Source: Mobula hypostoma | Lineage: Eukaryota | Assembly: GCF_963921235.1 (NCBI RefSeq) | Contig: NC_086097.1 | Location: 209,686,001-209,750,000 of the forward strand | DNA length: 64,000 nt | Direction: 5' to 3' | Shown here: positions 36,735 through 50,229 of the stretch, piece after piece | Layout: the number at the start of each line of letters is the position of its first letter | Numbering within the stretch: position 1 is the first letter of the stretch | Translations under genes and position numbers: made by a program | The notes under the pieces: generated by a model | The model's database searches: none | What the model was told of the DNA's origin: nothing | Seen by the model: the letters and a program-made list of their open reading frames with translations, nothing else

Positions 36735-37893
36735 TACCGGGGAGGATAGACAAAGGAGACTCAGTGTATGTTGTGTACTTTGATTTTCAGAGGCCTTTGA
36801 TTACGTGCTATATATGGGGCTGTTTATCAAGATAAGAGCCAATGGTATTACAGGAAAGATACCAGCATGGCTAGAAGATTAGCTGACTGACAGGAGATAG
36901 AGTGGGAATAAAAGGGACCTTTTCTGGTTGGCTGCCAGTGGTGTTTCGCAAGGGTCGGTGTTGAGACCGCTACTTTTCATGTCATATGTCAATGATTTAG
37001 ATGAAGGAATTGATGCCTTTATGGCCAAGTTTGCAAATGATATGAAGATCAATGGTGTTAAGGAAGTAGGGTTTCTGCAGAAGGACAGATTGGGAGAATG
37101 GGCAAAGAAGTGGCAGTTGGAATATAGAACGGGGAAGTACATGGTCATGCACTTTGGTAAAAGGAATAAAGGCATGAACTATTTTCTAAGTATGGAGAAA
37201 ATTCATAAATCAGAGGTGCAAAAGGACTTGGAAGACCTCACGCAGGATTTCCTAAAGATTAACTTGCAGATTGAGTCACTGGTAAGGAAGGCAAATGCAA
37301 TGTTGGCATTTGTTTTGAGAGGACAAGGATGTAATGCTGAGGCTTAATAAGGCATTGGTGAGACCGCACTTGGAGTATTGTGAGCAGTTTTGGGCCCCTT
37401 GTCTAAGAAGAGATGTGCTGGCATTGGAAACAGTCCAGAGGAGGTTCACAAGAATGATCCCACGAATGAAAGGGTAACGTATGAGGAGTGTTTGATGGCT
37501 CTAGGCCTGAACTCACTGCAGTTTAGAAGAATGAGGGGGGATCGCATTGAAACCTATTCAATATTGCAAAACCTAGATAGAGTGGATGTGGAGAGGATGT
37601 TTCCTATAGTGGGGGAATCTAAGACCAGAGGGCACACCATCAGAATAGAAGAACATCCATTTAGAATGGAGATGAGGAAAAATGTCTTAACCCGGAGGGT
37701 GTTGAATATCTGTGGAATTCATTGCCGCAGACAGCTGTGCAGGCCAAGTCATTGGGTATATTTAAGGCAGAGGTTTGGGGAGAAGGCTGGAGAATAGGGT
37801 TGAGAAGAATAATAAATCGGCCATGATGGAATGTTGGAACAGATTCATTGGGCTGAATGGCCTAATTGTGCTCCTGTCTCTAGGTGTTCTGGT
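36735..37893 (+). mobile_element. Degraded CR1
   Basis: SGVSQGSVLRPLLF..NDLDEG, SLQFRRMRGDRIETY, and 3' UTR. Confidence 0.9.
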
Positions 37894-38636
37894 AAACACA
37901 AAATAATCTGCAGATGCTGTTGTCAAAGGAACACTCACAATGCGCTGGAGGAACTCAGCAGGTCAGTCAGCATCAGTTGAAAAGATTAGTCCACCTCCTT
38001 TCTTGCCACCATTCAGGGCCCCCAACAGTCCTTCCAGGTGAGGCAACACTTCACTTGTGAGTCTGTTGGGGTCATCTGTTGTATCCGGTGCTCCCGGTGC
38101 GGCCTCCTCTACATCGGTGAAACCCGACGCAGATTGGGGGACCGCTTCGTCGAGCACCTCCGCTCTGTCCGCCATATCAGACATGATCTCCCAGTAGCCA
38201 CCCACTTCAACTCTGCTTCATATTCCCATTCGGATATGTCCATACATGGCCTCCTCTACTGCCATGATGAGGCTAAACTCAGGTTGGAGGAGCAACACCT
38301 CATATACCATCTAGGTTGTCTCCAGCCCCTTGGTATGAACATAGAATTCTCCAACTTCTGGTATTTCCCTCCCCCTCCCTTCCTCTATCCCTATTTCACA
38401 TCACCTCCCTCATAGTTCTGCCTCCTTCTACTACTGTGCATTATTCTCCTCCCTGCTTCCCCTCCCCCACCCCTTCGTCTTTCAAATTACTGTTTTTTTC
38501 AACTACCAGCATTCTTCAAACCCTCTCCAAAGTTCTTCCTTCAGTCCTGACGAAGGGTTTCGGCCCGAAACATCGACTAATCTTTTCAACTGATGCTGAC
38601 TGACCTGCTGAGTTCCTCCAGCGCATTGTGAGTGTT
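37894..38636 (+). mobile_element. Penelope-like element, second subfamily (GIY-YIG, pLTR, inverted 5' arm)
   Basis: ORF 38038-38415 FTCESVGVICCIRCSRCGLLYIGET, perfect 62-bp inverted repeat 37930-37991 / 38575-38636, TSD tctaggtgttctggt / tctagatgttctggt. Confidence 0.92.
38543..38578 (+). ncRNA. Minimal hammerhead ribozyme
   Basis: AGTC CTGACGA a GGG tttcgg CCC GAAA CA TC^GACT. Stem III CG->CA is consistent with CpG decay. Confidence 0.75.
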
Positions 38637-39304
38637 TCTAGATGTTCTGGTCTGATTGTAAATGAATCACAGAAAATTAGAATGCAGATATAGTGAGCAA
38701 GTAGGTAAAAGGTTGTTGTGCTTGTGTATATTATAGAGGAAACAGGGTAATACAATGGTACCTTCAGGCCCCCAGCTTACTCTAATTCCATTTTATTATC
38801 CCATCGTGCCCATCAACTCCACCCAGATTCTATTACTGACATATGCAGTCATGGGAATTTACTGTCGCCAATTAATCGACCAACCCACACTGATGAATTC
38901 TTGCTGTATTTATATAGCATCTTGGTGACACCACATGGGGTGTAATGCCTACCCGTTTAAAGCTTCTGGAACAGCTGATTCACAATAGTTGATGAGTGTG
39001 TTGTCAGAGGGCATTGACACACTGGAGAAGAGTGTAGGAGTTAAGCTATGCTATTGAGCCCTCTCCTTCACGTGCCCCCACACTGCAGAGTAGGAACGGG
39101 AAATCAGTTAGGAACTGGCTAAGTCTGGAGAAGTGTTCACAAGAAAGACTGTAAGAATAGAGATCAACAGTATGGGTTGATCCAATTCAGAAGAAAAGTT
39201 GTCACTGTCAATCAGGAAATTGGCAAAATGATGAGGGTGCTGATTGGGAAGAGAATTGGAGGAAACATTTGGAGATTAAGGGCACTTTATGTGGTAATTT
39301 AGTT

Positions 39305-39562
39305 AAAGGTTAAAGATTATTTTTCATATGTACATCAAAACACAGTGAAATGTGTCAACGACCAAAACAATCCACAAGTGAGCCCACAAGTGTTGCCATG
39401 TACCTGGCACCAACATAGCATGCCCACAGCTTATTAAACTTTATTGACCCTTTCATCATTGCAATGTAGGAGGAAGCTGGAGCATCAGGAGGAAACTCGT
39501 GTGGTCAGAGAGAGAACATACGTACAAACTCCTTACAGACAGCAGCCGGAATTGAACCCTTG
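39305..39562 (-). mobile_element. V-SINE copy
   Basis: Reverse complement of the V-domain (gtaggaggaagctggagcatcaggaggaaactc...tacaaactcc) and B-box ccggaattgaaccc. Confidence 0.7.
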
Positions 39563-39904
39563 TGCAAAAGGAGGGGGGAAGGGAGCTTTGGGGATTCAAT
39601 GCCTCTATCATTCATTCTATGGAGTTTCTTGTTTTGTGAAGAGTATGAATTTCAGGTTGTATACCGCACACGTTCTCTCATATTAAATTAACCATTGAAC
39701 TTTGAACCTGTGATCAGAAGTATGCTTGCCGCTATGCTACCTTGCATATGGAGTGGGTAGTTTGGTAGGTTGGATGAGAGTTTATCAGTTGTGGCGGGAC
39801 CTTAAAATCACAGGGGGTTGAATATCTGTTAGGGAGTCGGTAGATTGATTGGAGATGAGTTAAGTAATCTGAAGGACATTTGCTGTGTCTGGAATGCTGC
39901 TGAA

Positions 39905-40430
39905 GAGTCGAAAATATGCAAAGTGTTGAGAATACGTGGCAGATCAAACAACATCTGTGGATAGACGAAAATGGGCATGTTTGAAGTTGATAATACTTCT
40001 TCAGAACTGGAAAAATGAGAGAGAACAAGTGTTTTTAAAGATGCTAAAAGATGAAGAGTGAAGGAAATCAAGGTTGTCCAAGTTACATAGCGTTTTTGGT
40101 GGAACACTATAGAATGAGGGTAGTTTGAGAGAGGGAGAAAAATAAATGAGCATGCTGGAACTATGAGGTGCAAAGCACAATGGTCACTAGATTTCCGAAG
40201 CAGTAGGGAATGTCAGCAATTGCAATCAGAAGTGGAAGCATCTGAGGAGGGAGAAGAACAGACTTAACGTTACATTTGGTGGCCTGATACCAGAAATAGC
40301 CTGTCCTGATATAAAAAGGAATAGCTGGTTAACTGAAATTATTGAATTTAGTTGTTGAGAGTTGTCACATACCTAGATGGAAGATGATGGAAGATATTCC
40401 TTGAAATTTTATGGGGCTTCATGGAATCCA
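39905..40430 (-). mobile_element. Possible ancient PLE relic
   Basis: Faint similarity to the PLE tail (gcagatcaaacaacatctgtggatag...cttcagaactgg) and GIY-YIG end (aactgaaattattgaattta). Confidence 0.4.
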
Positions 40431-41489
40431 TGTAGCGTTAATAGTTGAGGGGGTGTTGGTATTTGGGAAGGATTCAATAGTTGGGGTGTAAAGGGTAACA
40501 TGGCTGTAATTGTGTTAACAGCATTGATGAGGTTTCAGGAGTTAAGTGCGTTTTAAAACCAATGAATGCTTCATGTTGGCGGATGGATGGGAAGTAAGAG
40601 GAGAAGTGGGATGTCAGGCATGAACTGCAATCCATGGGGAAAGGCTTGGTGGTGGGTCATTGTGGTATTGCAATTGACAGTAATTTTATATCTTTGCACT
40701 GCACTGCTGCTCCAAAACAACAGATTTCACAACATAGAAGACAGTGAAAATAAACCTGATTTTGATTTGGATCAACACTGGAATTGGGTAGATTGCCAGA
40801 TGGGTTACTTGCTTAAGATAATGCTACCCAAGGTGCATTCCAAACAGTGTACCTTGACGTTTGAACCTTGTAAATTCAGTAGAGCGGTGGATGCTCAGTC
40901 AGTGAGCATGTTCAAGATAGTGGGCGTAAGATTCTTGGGTATTGAAATAGTTAAGAAACATGGGGATTATACAGGAAGGAAGAAGGGGGTACAGGATTGG
41001 CCATGAACATAGAATGATAGAGGAGGTTCAAGGGAACAAATTTCTTGTTTCTGACCTTCCTCTAATGATTTTATAAAGAACAGGAAAGGGCTGTAGGACC
41101 CAAGGAAGCAGTTACATCATCCAAGACATAACTGCCTGACTTGGGTGTAGTATAGTGCATCAGAAAGCTGAGGAGAAGTCATAAAGCTGAAATAGGGCCA
41201 AGTGGTTGATGAATGGAAACTCGCAAATCAAATCAATTGTTCATGTGCTAATACCTGTAGCAACAAAAGCCATCAAGATCTAAGCATCTTTGCTCTGAGA
41301 TTGTTACTGAAGTTCACTATGCACAGATTTATCAGAGCCTTACTCTAGAATGTGAATAATTTTCTTTTGATTTTCAAATTATCTTCAGAACAGGTAATAC
41401 GTTTTTAAGGGTCCACTGACCTCCCAAAGACCCAGTGACTGAAGCCTTTGTGTACTCTGTAATGCTCAAAAATAAATTGCAGTATGTCA

Positions 41490-43445
41490 TAGACTTCAAG
41501 TTATATGGCAGCCCATGTTAAATTGAAAAGTAGCTTATGCAAAATGGCAAAGGCTGGTGATAGAATAGAGAGTTGGGAAGTTTTTAGGGTCCAGCTGTCG
41601 AAAACTAAAAAGCTGACAAGTAGGGAGAAAATAAATTTTGAGTGAGAATTTGCAGCCATGTAAAAATTAACGGTAGAAGTTTCTCTGGAAGCAGGCGGGC
41701 AGCTAAAGTAAATGTGGGGAATTAGTAAGAACAAACAAAAATAGCAGGTGCGTTATTCTTTTTTCTTTTGCTTCAGTCTTCACCATGAAGAATATGGCTA
41801 ATATCCCTAGGATATCAGATGTGCTCATTTCAAATAGCATTGTAGAATTTACAAAAACCCTAATAACTAGAAACAAAGTATTGAAAAAATTCAGTTTGCT
41901 AAATGCAGAGACGTTGCCATGAACCTAATGGACTGCATGCTAGAGTTTTACGGGAAGTGGCTGCGGAGTTAATGGACTCACTGGTCGAAAAATCTCATAA
42001 GCTGCTGAACTCTGGGTAAGTATCAGAAGATGAGAAAACAGCCAATGTGAGTACTATGTTCAAAACTTTTTTAAAAGAAGCAGAAGGCAGGGAACTACAA
42101 ATCAGTTAGTTTAACAACTATTGTTGGCAAGGTTCTAGAATCAGCAATCATTGAGAAAATAGTTAATCAGTTTAGTTAATCAGTTAGGAAAGTGGAATAC
42201 TGTATAATTAAATTTAGTCAGCATGGTTTTATGACATGATTTGTTAAATCATGTTTGACAAATTGCTTGAAGTCTTTCAGGATGTAACAGGATGAGTTGA
42301 TAGAGGGGAATCTGTAGACACAGTGTACTTCGATGTCTAAAAGGCATTTGACAGGGTGCCAAATAAGATGCTGATGCATAAATTGAAAGCATGTTACAGG
42401 AGGAAATATTGGCGAGTTGGAATAAAAGGGTGCTTTTGAGACTGGAAGGAAATAGGTAATAGAACACTGCAGGAATCAGTTCTTGGCCTAGAGTAGTTCA
42501 ATTTTTAATTAAAAACCTGTAGGAAGGAGCTGTATGTATGTAATGTTTCCAAATTCACCAGTGATTCAGACGTAGGTGGAAAGACATGTCGTGGTAAGGA
42601 TTCTGCAATAGGGCACCGACGAATGAAGTGAGTGGGCAAAAACTGGTAAATGGAATTTAATGTAGAGGTGTAAGAGGTCATGCACTTTGGTAAGAGCTAT
42701 CAGAAGGCAGATTATTATCTAAATGGAGGGAAACTGTAGGAAATTGAAGTACAGTACAGAGCGATTTATCCGTTCGAAGGAATAAACAAAAAAAGCCAGC
42801 AGCAAGTCCAACAGTTAAAAGGGCAAATAGCATTTTAACCTTCATTATAAACGGTTTGAAGTTTAAAAATAGGGAGTTTTTTTCAAAAAATTTTGGTGAG
42901 GCCTCACCTAGAATACTGCAGGTACTTTTGATCTCCTTACCTAAGGAAGGAAATAGTAGCATTAGAGGCAAGTACAGAGAAGATCCACCAGACTCATTCT
43001 TGGACTAAGAAGGTTATCTCACCAAGACGGACCAAATAGTTTTTGCCTGTATTACTGGGAGGTTAGAAGAATAAGGGTTGACCCTATTTAAACACATATT
43101 AAGGAGGCTTGACAAAGCTGATGTTGGAATTTCTTCACTAAGGAAGAGTCTCAAACAAGGGCGCATAACTACAAGGGAAGGACCCAGTCATTTAAAATTG
43201 AGTTACATAGAGGATTCTTCATGCAGAGAGTGGTGAATTTCTAGAATTCTCTGTACTAATGGATGGTGGAAAATGTACTTAAAGTGAAGGTAGATAAATA
43301 TTTGATAGATCTCAGAGTAGAGAATCATGGAAAGTGGCAGAGAAGATGAGTTCAAACCAACATAGATCAGCAATGATCATATTAAATGTTAGTGCTTGCT
43401 TCAGGGGGCTGGCAGCCTTCTGCTATTTCTATTTATTTATAACTT
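41490..43445 (+). mobile_element. Old degraded CR1
   Basis: Recognisable gggaactaca..cagttagtttaac (GNYRPVSL), cagcatggtttt, aaggcatttgac and 3' UTR motifs. No long ORF. Confidence 0.75.
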
Positions 43446-43556
43446 TGTAAGTGATTCAAAAGCGGCAACAAAATTGCACTCTTCATGCTTCTTATATTCT
43501 TAATGCAATAGTAAAAAAAAGTTAATGAAATTTCTATTTGTAGATAGATTCTTTGA

Positions 43557-45380
43557 GTCATCATCATCATCAGGTGCCATGCCCAGTTTGAGTGTTGACT
43601 ACCATGGCCCACACATTCCCGTTTCGGGTCAAGTGGATCAATTCATTGGCATTCATTTCCAGTTCTCTGGCTGCTGTCCCCATCATCATTTGTCTTTGTC
43701 TTCCTCTTGCTTTCTTCCCTTCAATCTTTCCCATAATTACCATGCATTCTAATTCTTCTTTCCTAATCACATGTCCAATGAAGTTACATTGCCTTTTCAT
43801 GATCTCATACATTATTTCTCTTTTTGTGTTTGTTCTGTTCATGACATCCCTGTTAGATATTCGTTTTGTCCATGATATTCTTTGCATCCTCCTCAAAAAC
43901 CACATCTCTGCTGCTACAATTCATATCCTCATGTTACTAGATATTGTCCAACATTCTGAGCCATATAACATAACTAGATAAACATAACATTTCAGTACCC
44001 TGAGGCGGGTTGTCATGCCTAGTTTGGTATTGGTCAGTATACTCTTCATTCTCGTAAAGGTGCCTTTTGTCATCCTTATTCTTCTTCTGATGTCCATGTC
44101 GCACCTGCCATCTGATGTCACCCAGCTTCCTCAGTAGCTGGTACTTGGTTTATGTCTTCCCCAGTTATTCTCAGCCTGCAGATAGGATTCTCCTTCTTTT
44201 TGGATATCATAGTCATAGTCATACTTTATTGATCCCGGGGGAAATTGGTTTTTGTTACAGTTGCACCATAAATAATAAATAGTAATAAAACTATAAATAG
44301 TTAAATAGTAATATGTAAATTATGCCAGGAAATAAGTCCAGGACCAGTCTATTGGCTCAGGGTGTCTGACCCTCCAAGTGAGGAGTTGTGAAGTTTGATG
44401 GCCACAGGCAGGAATGACTTCCTATGACGCTCTGTGTTGCATCTCGGTGGAATGAGTCTCTGGCTGAATGTACTTCTGTGCCCACCCAGTACATTATGTA
44501 GTGGATGGGAGACATTGTCCAAGGTGGCATGCAACTTGGACAGCATCCTCTTTTCAGACACCACCGTCAGAGAGTCCAGTTCCATCCCCACAACATCACT
44601 GGCCTTACGAATGAGTTTGTTGATTCTGTTGGTGTCTGCTACCCTCAGCCTGCTGCCCCAGCACACAACAGCAAACATGATCGCGCTGGCCACCACAGAC
44701 TCGTAGAACATCCTCAGCATCGTCTGGCAGTTGTTAAAGGACCTCAGTCTCCTCAGGAAATAGAGACGGCTCTGACCCTTCTTGTAGACAGCCTCAGTGT
44801 TCTTTGACCAGTCCAGTTTATTGTCAATTCGTATCCCCAGGTATTTGTAATCCTCCACTATGTCCACACTGACCTCCTGGATGGAAACAGGGGTCACCGG
44901 TACCTTACCTCTCCTCAGGTCTACCACCAGCTCCTTAGTCTTTTCACATTAAACTGCAGATAATTCTGCTCACACCATGTGACAAAGTTTCCTACCATAG
45001 CCCTGTACTCAGACTATCTTCCTTGCTGATGCATCCAACTGTGGCAGTCATCAGAAAGCTTCTGAAGATGACATCACCATACATTCTGTCTTTTTGCAAT
45101 TGATAGATAGACCCATTCTTGCACTTTCTTCAACAATTATATCAATTAAGTTTTGTAGTTCTTCCTCCGTACTTGCAATTAACACAGTGTCATCTGCATA
45201 TCTGAAATTATTGATGTTTTCACCGCCAACTTTGATTCCCAAGATGTCTCTTTCATTTTGTAATATTGTTTCACTGTACACATTAAGCAAATCGGGGAGA
45301 AAACGCACCCTTGTCTAACGCCTCTCTTGATTTTCGTAAACTGGCTCACTTCTCCATCTATTCTTACAGCGGCAGTTTGA
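43557..45380 (-). mobile_element. RTE-clade LINE 3' fragment (interrupted by Rex1)
   Basis: (GAT)n tail, WFLRRMQRISW..GHVIRK..GKIEGKKARGRQR, LYGSECWT, NNFRYADDTVLIA. Confidence 0.9.
44210..45069 (-). mobile_element. Young Rex1/Babar-type LINE inserted in the RTE
   Basis: ORF 44349-44927 YKYLGIRIDNKLDW..KKGQSRLYFLRRLRSF, (catagt)n tail, flanks gatatca (44203-44209) / gacatca (45070-45076). Confidence 0.9.
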
Positions 45381-45449
45381 GTACAAAACTTTTAAGGTTT
45401 ACAATAGTGTGGGTAGCCATACTTCAAATAATATACCAAGTGTCAGCAG

Positions 45450-47240
45450 AATGGTAGTTAAGGCTGTGGAATCCTCTTCCTGTACGATGTGAGATTGAAG
45501 GGTATTCACTGTCTCCCTGATGACTAAATCTGCAGGAAGTGCAACCAACTTGAACTCCTGACTGACAAGGTCAAGGAACAGGAGTGAAACCGGGCATACT
45601 CAGGATCAACTGGGAGGCTGAAAGCCCCATTAATGAAAGTTTTACTGAGGTGGTCACACCCAGTGTCTCGGATTCATATAGTAGATGGGTGATGGGTGAC
45701 CAGCAGGAGAAGTAAGGGGAGTGAGCAGTTCCTGTGGCCATTCCGCTAAGCCACAAGAATACCATTTTGGATACTGCTGCATTTGGGTGGTGGGGGGGGG
45801 TGGTTGTGGAATCACCTATCCGGGCACAGCAGCAGCAGCAGCCTGGACAGTGGCACTGTCACCAGCTCTGAGAGTCAGCACGGAAGGGTAAAGTCAGACA
45901 CAGCAAAAATGACAGGGGACTCAAAGTTAGGGAGAAGTACGGGAAATACTGTGGCTGTGGAGTAGGGATTGACTGATGAGCATTTGGAAAACTGTGGCCT
46001 AATTAGGGAGAGCCTGTATGGGGTAAGTTATGTCTTGTTAACTTGATTTGAGCTTTTGGTTAGTTGATGAGGGTAACTGTGAGGGTAGAGCTGGAGATGT
46101 TGTCTACGTGGACTTTAGTGAGGTATTTGACAAGGTTCCTCATGGGAAACTCATCCAGAAGATTAAGATGGATAGGAGCCATGGTGAGTTGGCTGCTTTG
46201 ATTCAGAACTGGCTTGCCCATAGAAGACAGAGGGTAGTAGTCAAAGGGAGGGACTGATTCTAGCAGGAGGACTGTGATTAGTGGCGTACTGGGACCTCTG
46301 CTGTTTGTGATTTAAATGACCTGGATAAAAATATAGATGGGTGGGTTAGTAAATTTGAAGATGATACAAAGATTGGTGGTGTTGTGGATAGTGTAGAAGA
46401 CCGGAAAATAACACAGTGAGATATAGATCATTTGCAGATATGGGTGGAGAAATGGCAAATGCAGTTTAACCTGGCCATATGTGAAGTGTTACGTCTTGGT
46501 AGGTTAAGGGCAAAGAGGCAGTACACTGTTGTGGGTAAAATCCTTTTACAGTGTTGATGAGCAGAGGGATCTTGGGGACTAGGTTTCTAGGCTGCACAGG
46601 TTGATAGGGTGATAAGAAGGTCTTTATTAGTCCAGGCATTGAGTTCAAAAATGAGGAAATTATGTTGCAGCTGTATAAAACTAGTTTGGCCGCATCTGAA
46701 GTATTGCATACAGTTCTGGTCACCCCACTTTTGGAAGGATGTTGAAGCTTTGGAGAGGATACAGAAGTGGTTTACCAGGATGTTGCCTGAATTAGAGGGC
46801 ATGAACTATAACGAGAGGTTGGACAAACTTTGGTTATTTTCTCTGGAGTGGCGGAGGCTGTGAGAAGATAAGATTATGAGAAGCATAGATAGAGTAGACA
46901 GCAATATCTTTTTCCAAGGGTTGAAATGTCTAATATCAGAGGGCATGCACTTAATTTGATAGGGTGGGGAGGGTAATGTCAAAGAGGATGTGAGGGGGAA
47001 GTTTTTTACACCGTGAGTGCTGGGTGCCTGGAATGCACTGCCTGGGTTAGTGGTACAGGCAGAAACATCAGAGAGTTTTAAGAAACATTGAGATAGACAC
47101 ATGAGTGTGAGGAAAATGGAAGGATATGGACATGGAGAAGGCAGGAGAGATTAAATTAGTTGAGCATTTGATTGCTAATTTAATTGGTTCGGCACAACAT
47201 TGTGAGCCTGTTCCTGTGCTGTACTCTTCTATGTCCTATA
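45450..47240 (+). mobile_element. Rearranged CR1 (ORF1 pieces, one inverted, plus ORF2 3' half)
   Basis: PVAIPL-like ORF1 segment at ~45730, DVVYVDFSEVFDKVPHG, LKYCIQFWSP, 3' UTR to ~47240. Confidence 0.75.
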
Positions 47241-47934
47241 TTCTAATATGGCTTTGTATAACTAATGTGAACCCATCTGCCATTTCGTCCTCGGGTACTG
47301 TACCTTCTACTCCTTTGTTTAGCTCATTTTTGGATTTGCTTTACGTTTGCAGAAAATCATGGTGCACCACCGAAAAATAAGTTCTTTCAATTCTGTGAAA
47401 AGAAAAAGGGATCATTTGTCAAGATGTTGGTACAATTAATCAGTCATTTATGACACTTTTATTCCAAGGTGTTTAACTGTGTTGATGTCACATGTACTTG
47501 CTATTAAGTAAAGTCATATGGTGTTATGAAATTTATTGCAATAACACTTTGAGGGACTCTTTTTCACTGTTCTCTACCTGTTCTGTGTTCACTTATGCTT
47601 TCCCTGCCAATAATTTCTATTGCTTGTTCAAATGGGCCAAGAGACCCAATTGTCCTCATTACTTGAACAGTGCTGTGCACACCAGTGGAAGGGAAACCTG
47701 CCTAGTAAATATGAATGTTGTACTGATCCATTGAATTACATAGCATGCTGTTAATGTCAAGGAGCTGAACAATAGATAGTTCAAGTGATTTGTTGTCACT
47801 TTGCTAAGCTTTTATCAAACTAATCATTCTCCAAATTGCCTTTTGAAATTATACCAAAGGGCAAGATTGAAATTATTCCAATATACTTTTGATCGGCTGT
47901 TCCTTTATCTGGAAACAGTTAAATCCATTCAAAT

Positions 47935-49200
47935 TCATTCCAAATTCAAGTTCAAATTTATTGACATTCAACCGTGTACATGTATACTGCCAAATGAAAC
48001 AACGTTCCTCTAGACTAAGGTACACAACAGATTTCTTAGAACTCACACAGGACACATAAAGTAATATTATCACAAATAAATTAGCAAATAATAAAATATT
48101 TTCCAGAAGATTGACATCTGGCATAAGATGCACTTACAACACAAGTTAACAAGTAAACAGAATGATGCTACTAACGCTTCATATGTGGCGTGACCTGGAA
48201 GTAGTCTCATGGCCTTGGGAAGAAGCTTCTTCCCTTCCTAACAGTCCTTGTCCTGGTGCTGTGGTATTTCCTGTCTGATGGTAGGGGGTTAAATAAATTG
48301 TGGGATGGATGGGAGGGATCATTGTCAATGCTAAAAGCCCTGTGTATTTAGTGCTTCTGATAAATATCTTGAATGGGTGGAAAATGAGTCCTTGCAATCC
48401 TTTGCAACACAAACAAAACGCTGGAGAAACTCAGCAGGCCAGGAAGCACCTATGGAAACGAGTAAACAGTTGGCATTTTGGGCTGAGACCCTTCATCAGG
48501 TGGTGTTGATGGATCAGGTGAGATCATCCATTATATGCACTCCCAGAAACTTGGTGTTTCTAACTCTCCCCACAGAGGAGCTGTGTATGTGCAGTGAGGA
48601 ATTGTCAGCTGCACCTTCCAAAAGTCCACAATCATCTCTTTAGTTTTGTCCACGTTGAGACTCAAGATGTTGTGCTCACAGCATTCAACAGACTGCTCAA
48701 CCTCCTCTCTATTTGCTGTATCATCGTCGTCGTTGATGAGGCTAACCACTGTTGATCAGGGAAGTTGATGATTTGGATAGAGATGGATCTAGTAGTGTAG
48801 TTATGTGCCAGCAGCATGAATAGCAGTGGCTGAGCATGCAGCCCTGAATTACCCAACAGTTTCTGAGGACTGAACATATCAACGCTGAGCTTAGTCAATA
48901 AACAGCATCCTGGTATATGAGGCACCATTTTCAATGTGGGACAGGACAGGACGGATTGGAGTGCGGAAGCTATGACATCATCAGTGGACTGATTTGAGCA
49001 GTAAGTGAACTGGAAAGGGTCCAATTTAACAGGAAGGTGGGATTTAACATGATCCATAACCAGCTACTCAAAGCACTTAGTTAGTGCCACTGGGCAGTAG
49101 TCATTAAGGCAGATTATCATGACACAGGATGGTGGTAGCTGCCTTGAAGCCTACAGGGGCAGTTCCAGAGAGACACTGAAGATGCCCCTAGGTGTATCAT
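47935..49200 (-). mobile_element. Rex1-type fragments with PLE insertion at ~48404-48500
   Basis: ttcaagttcaaatttattg tail, LDPFQFTYCSNQSTDDVI, LSLNVDKTKEMIVDF. The PLE piece ends gctgagacccttcatcagg. Confidence 0.75.
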
Positions 49201-49956
49201 AGCAATATTAAGTATGTCCCTCTCCATGTACTGTCTTTCAATAAGAAGCAATAAAGGATCAAAAATTGATCTAGGTTGCCATAATGTGCATAGTGTGCAA
49301 ACTATATGAAACTGTTTTATTGCCTGCCATCTTCTTTGTAAATTCACCTTGATACAATCAATACTTGTTTTATCCTGGCCTTTGATCCAGCCACTTCTGG
49401 GGAGATAGGCTTCAAGTTCATAGAATCTCTCACAGCATCAAAGTGTCAAGCAGCTGGAAATCAGAATAAATCTCCTAGACTAAGTTCCTAAAGTCAAATT
49501 ACTGCAGTGTTGTGCACCATTATAAGCCTTAAGCTGCTATTTAGAACTTCAGTTACTGGGTGTGATTGTTGGAATTCATGTTCCATTGCAACTTGCAATG
49601 ATATTTAAAATAAAGGTAGTCCACCTGCATATCTGCTCTGTAACACAAACAACATTAAACAAAGTTCAGATGGATTTTATTTTCAAGTTTGCCACACCTG
49701 GTGCAAAGCATTACCCACCATGAGCTATATAGGAAAGTGGTTTGCTTGTTATAATTTACAAAATAACAAAACAGGGCATGAAGTAAGAGTAATTTGATGA
49801 AAATTAAAAATAATAAATAAAGTTGCTTAAAATTTCCAATGTGTCCATCTTTGTGCTAAATGGAGTCACCATTTTGCCCTGACATTAAATTAAGTGTCAC
49901 TAGAGTGCCCTTCCTCTAACAAATTCAAGATTCAAGATTTAATGTCATTTCCCATA

Positions 49957-50228
49957 CACAGGTGCTTAGCCCCTCGCTCAGGGTCACGTGAAGCCATGAG
50001 AACAGGTGGTGGATGGTCGCATGAGCAGCTGGTGCATATCACAAGTCTTGGTTATGCGACCACTGACGCCAGGCAGACAGTCTCTGAAGAGCATTGATGA
50101 TGGCTGCAGTCACCCATTTTGTAGGGACACAATACAGAAGAATGCAAAGGGAAAGCACTTCTGTAGAACAATCAGGGTCATGGAAAGACCTTGATCACCC
50201 ACATTATACACATGGCACATAACGAACA
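49957..50228 (+). mobile_element. RTE-related SINE / non-autonomous element (partial)
   Basis: Homologous to 56568-56947, and inserted in a Rex1-type 3' end. Confidence 0.65.
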
Positions 50229-50229
50229 A

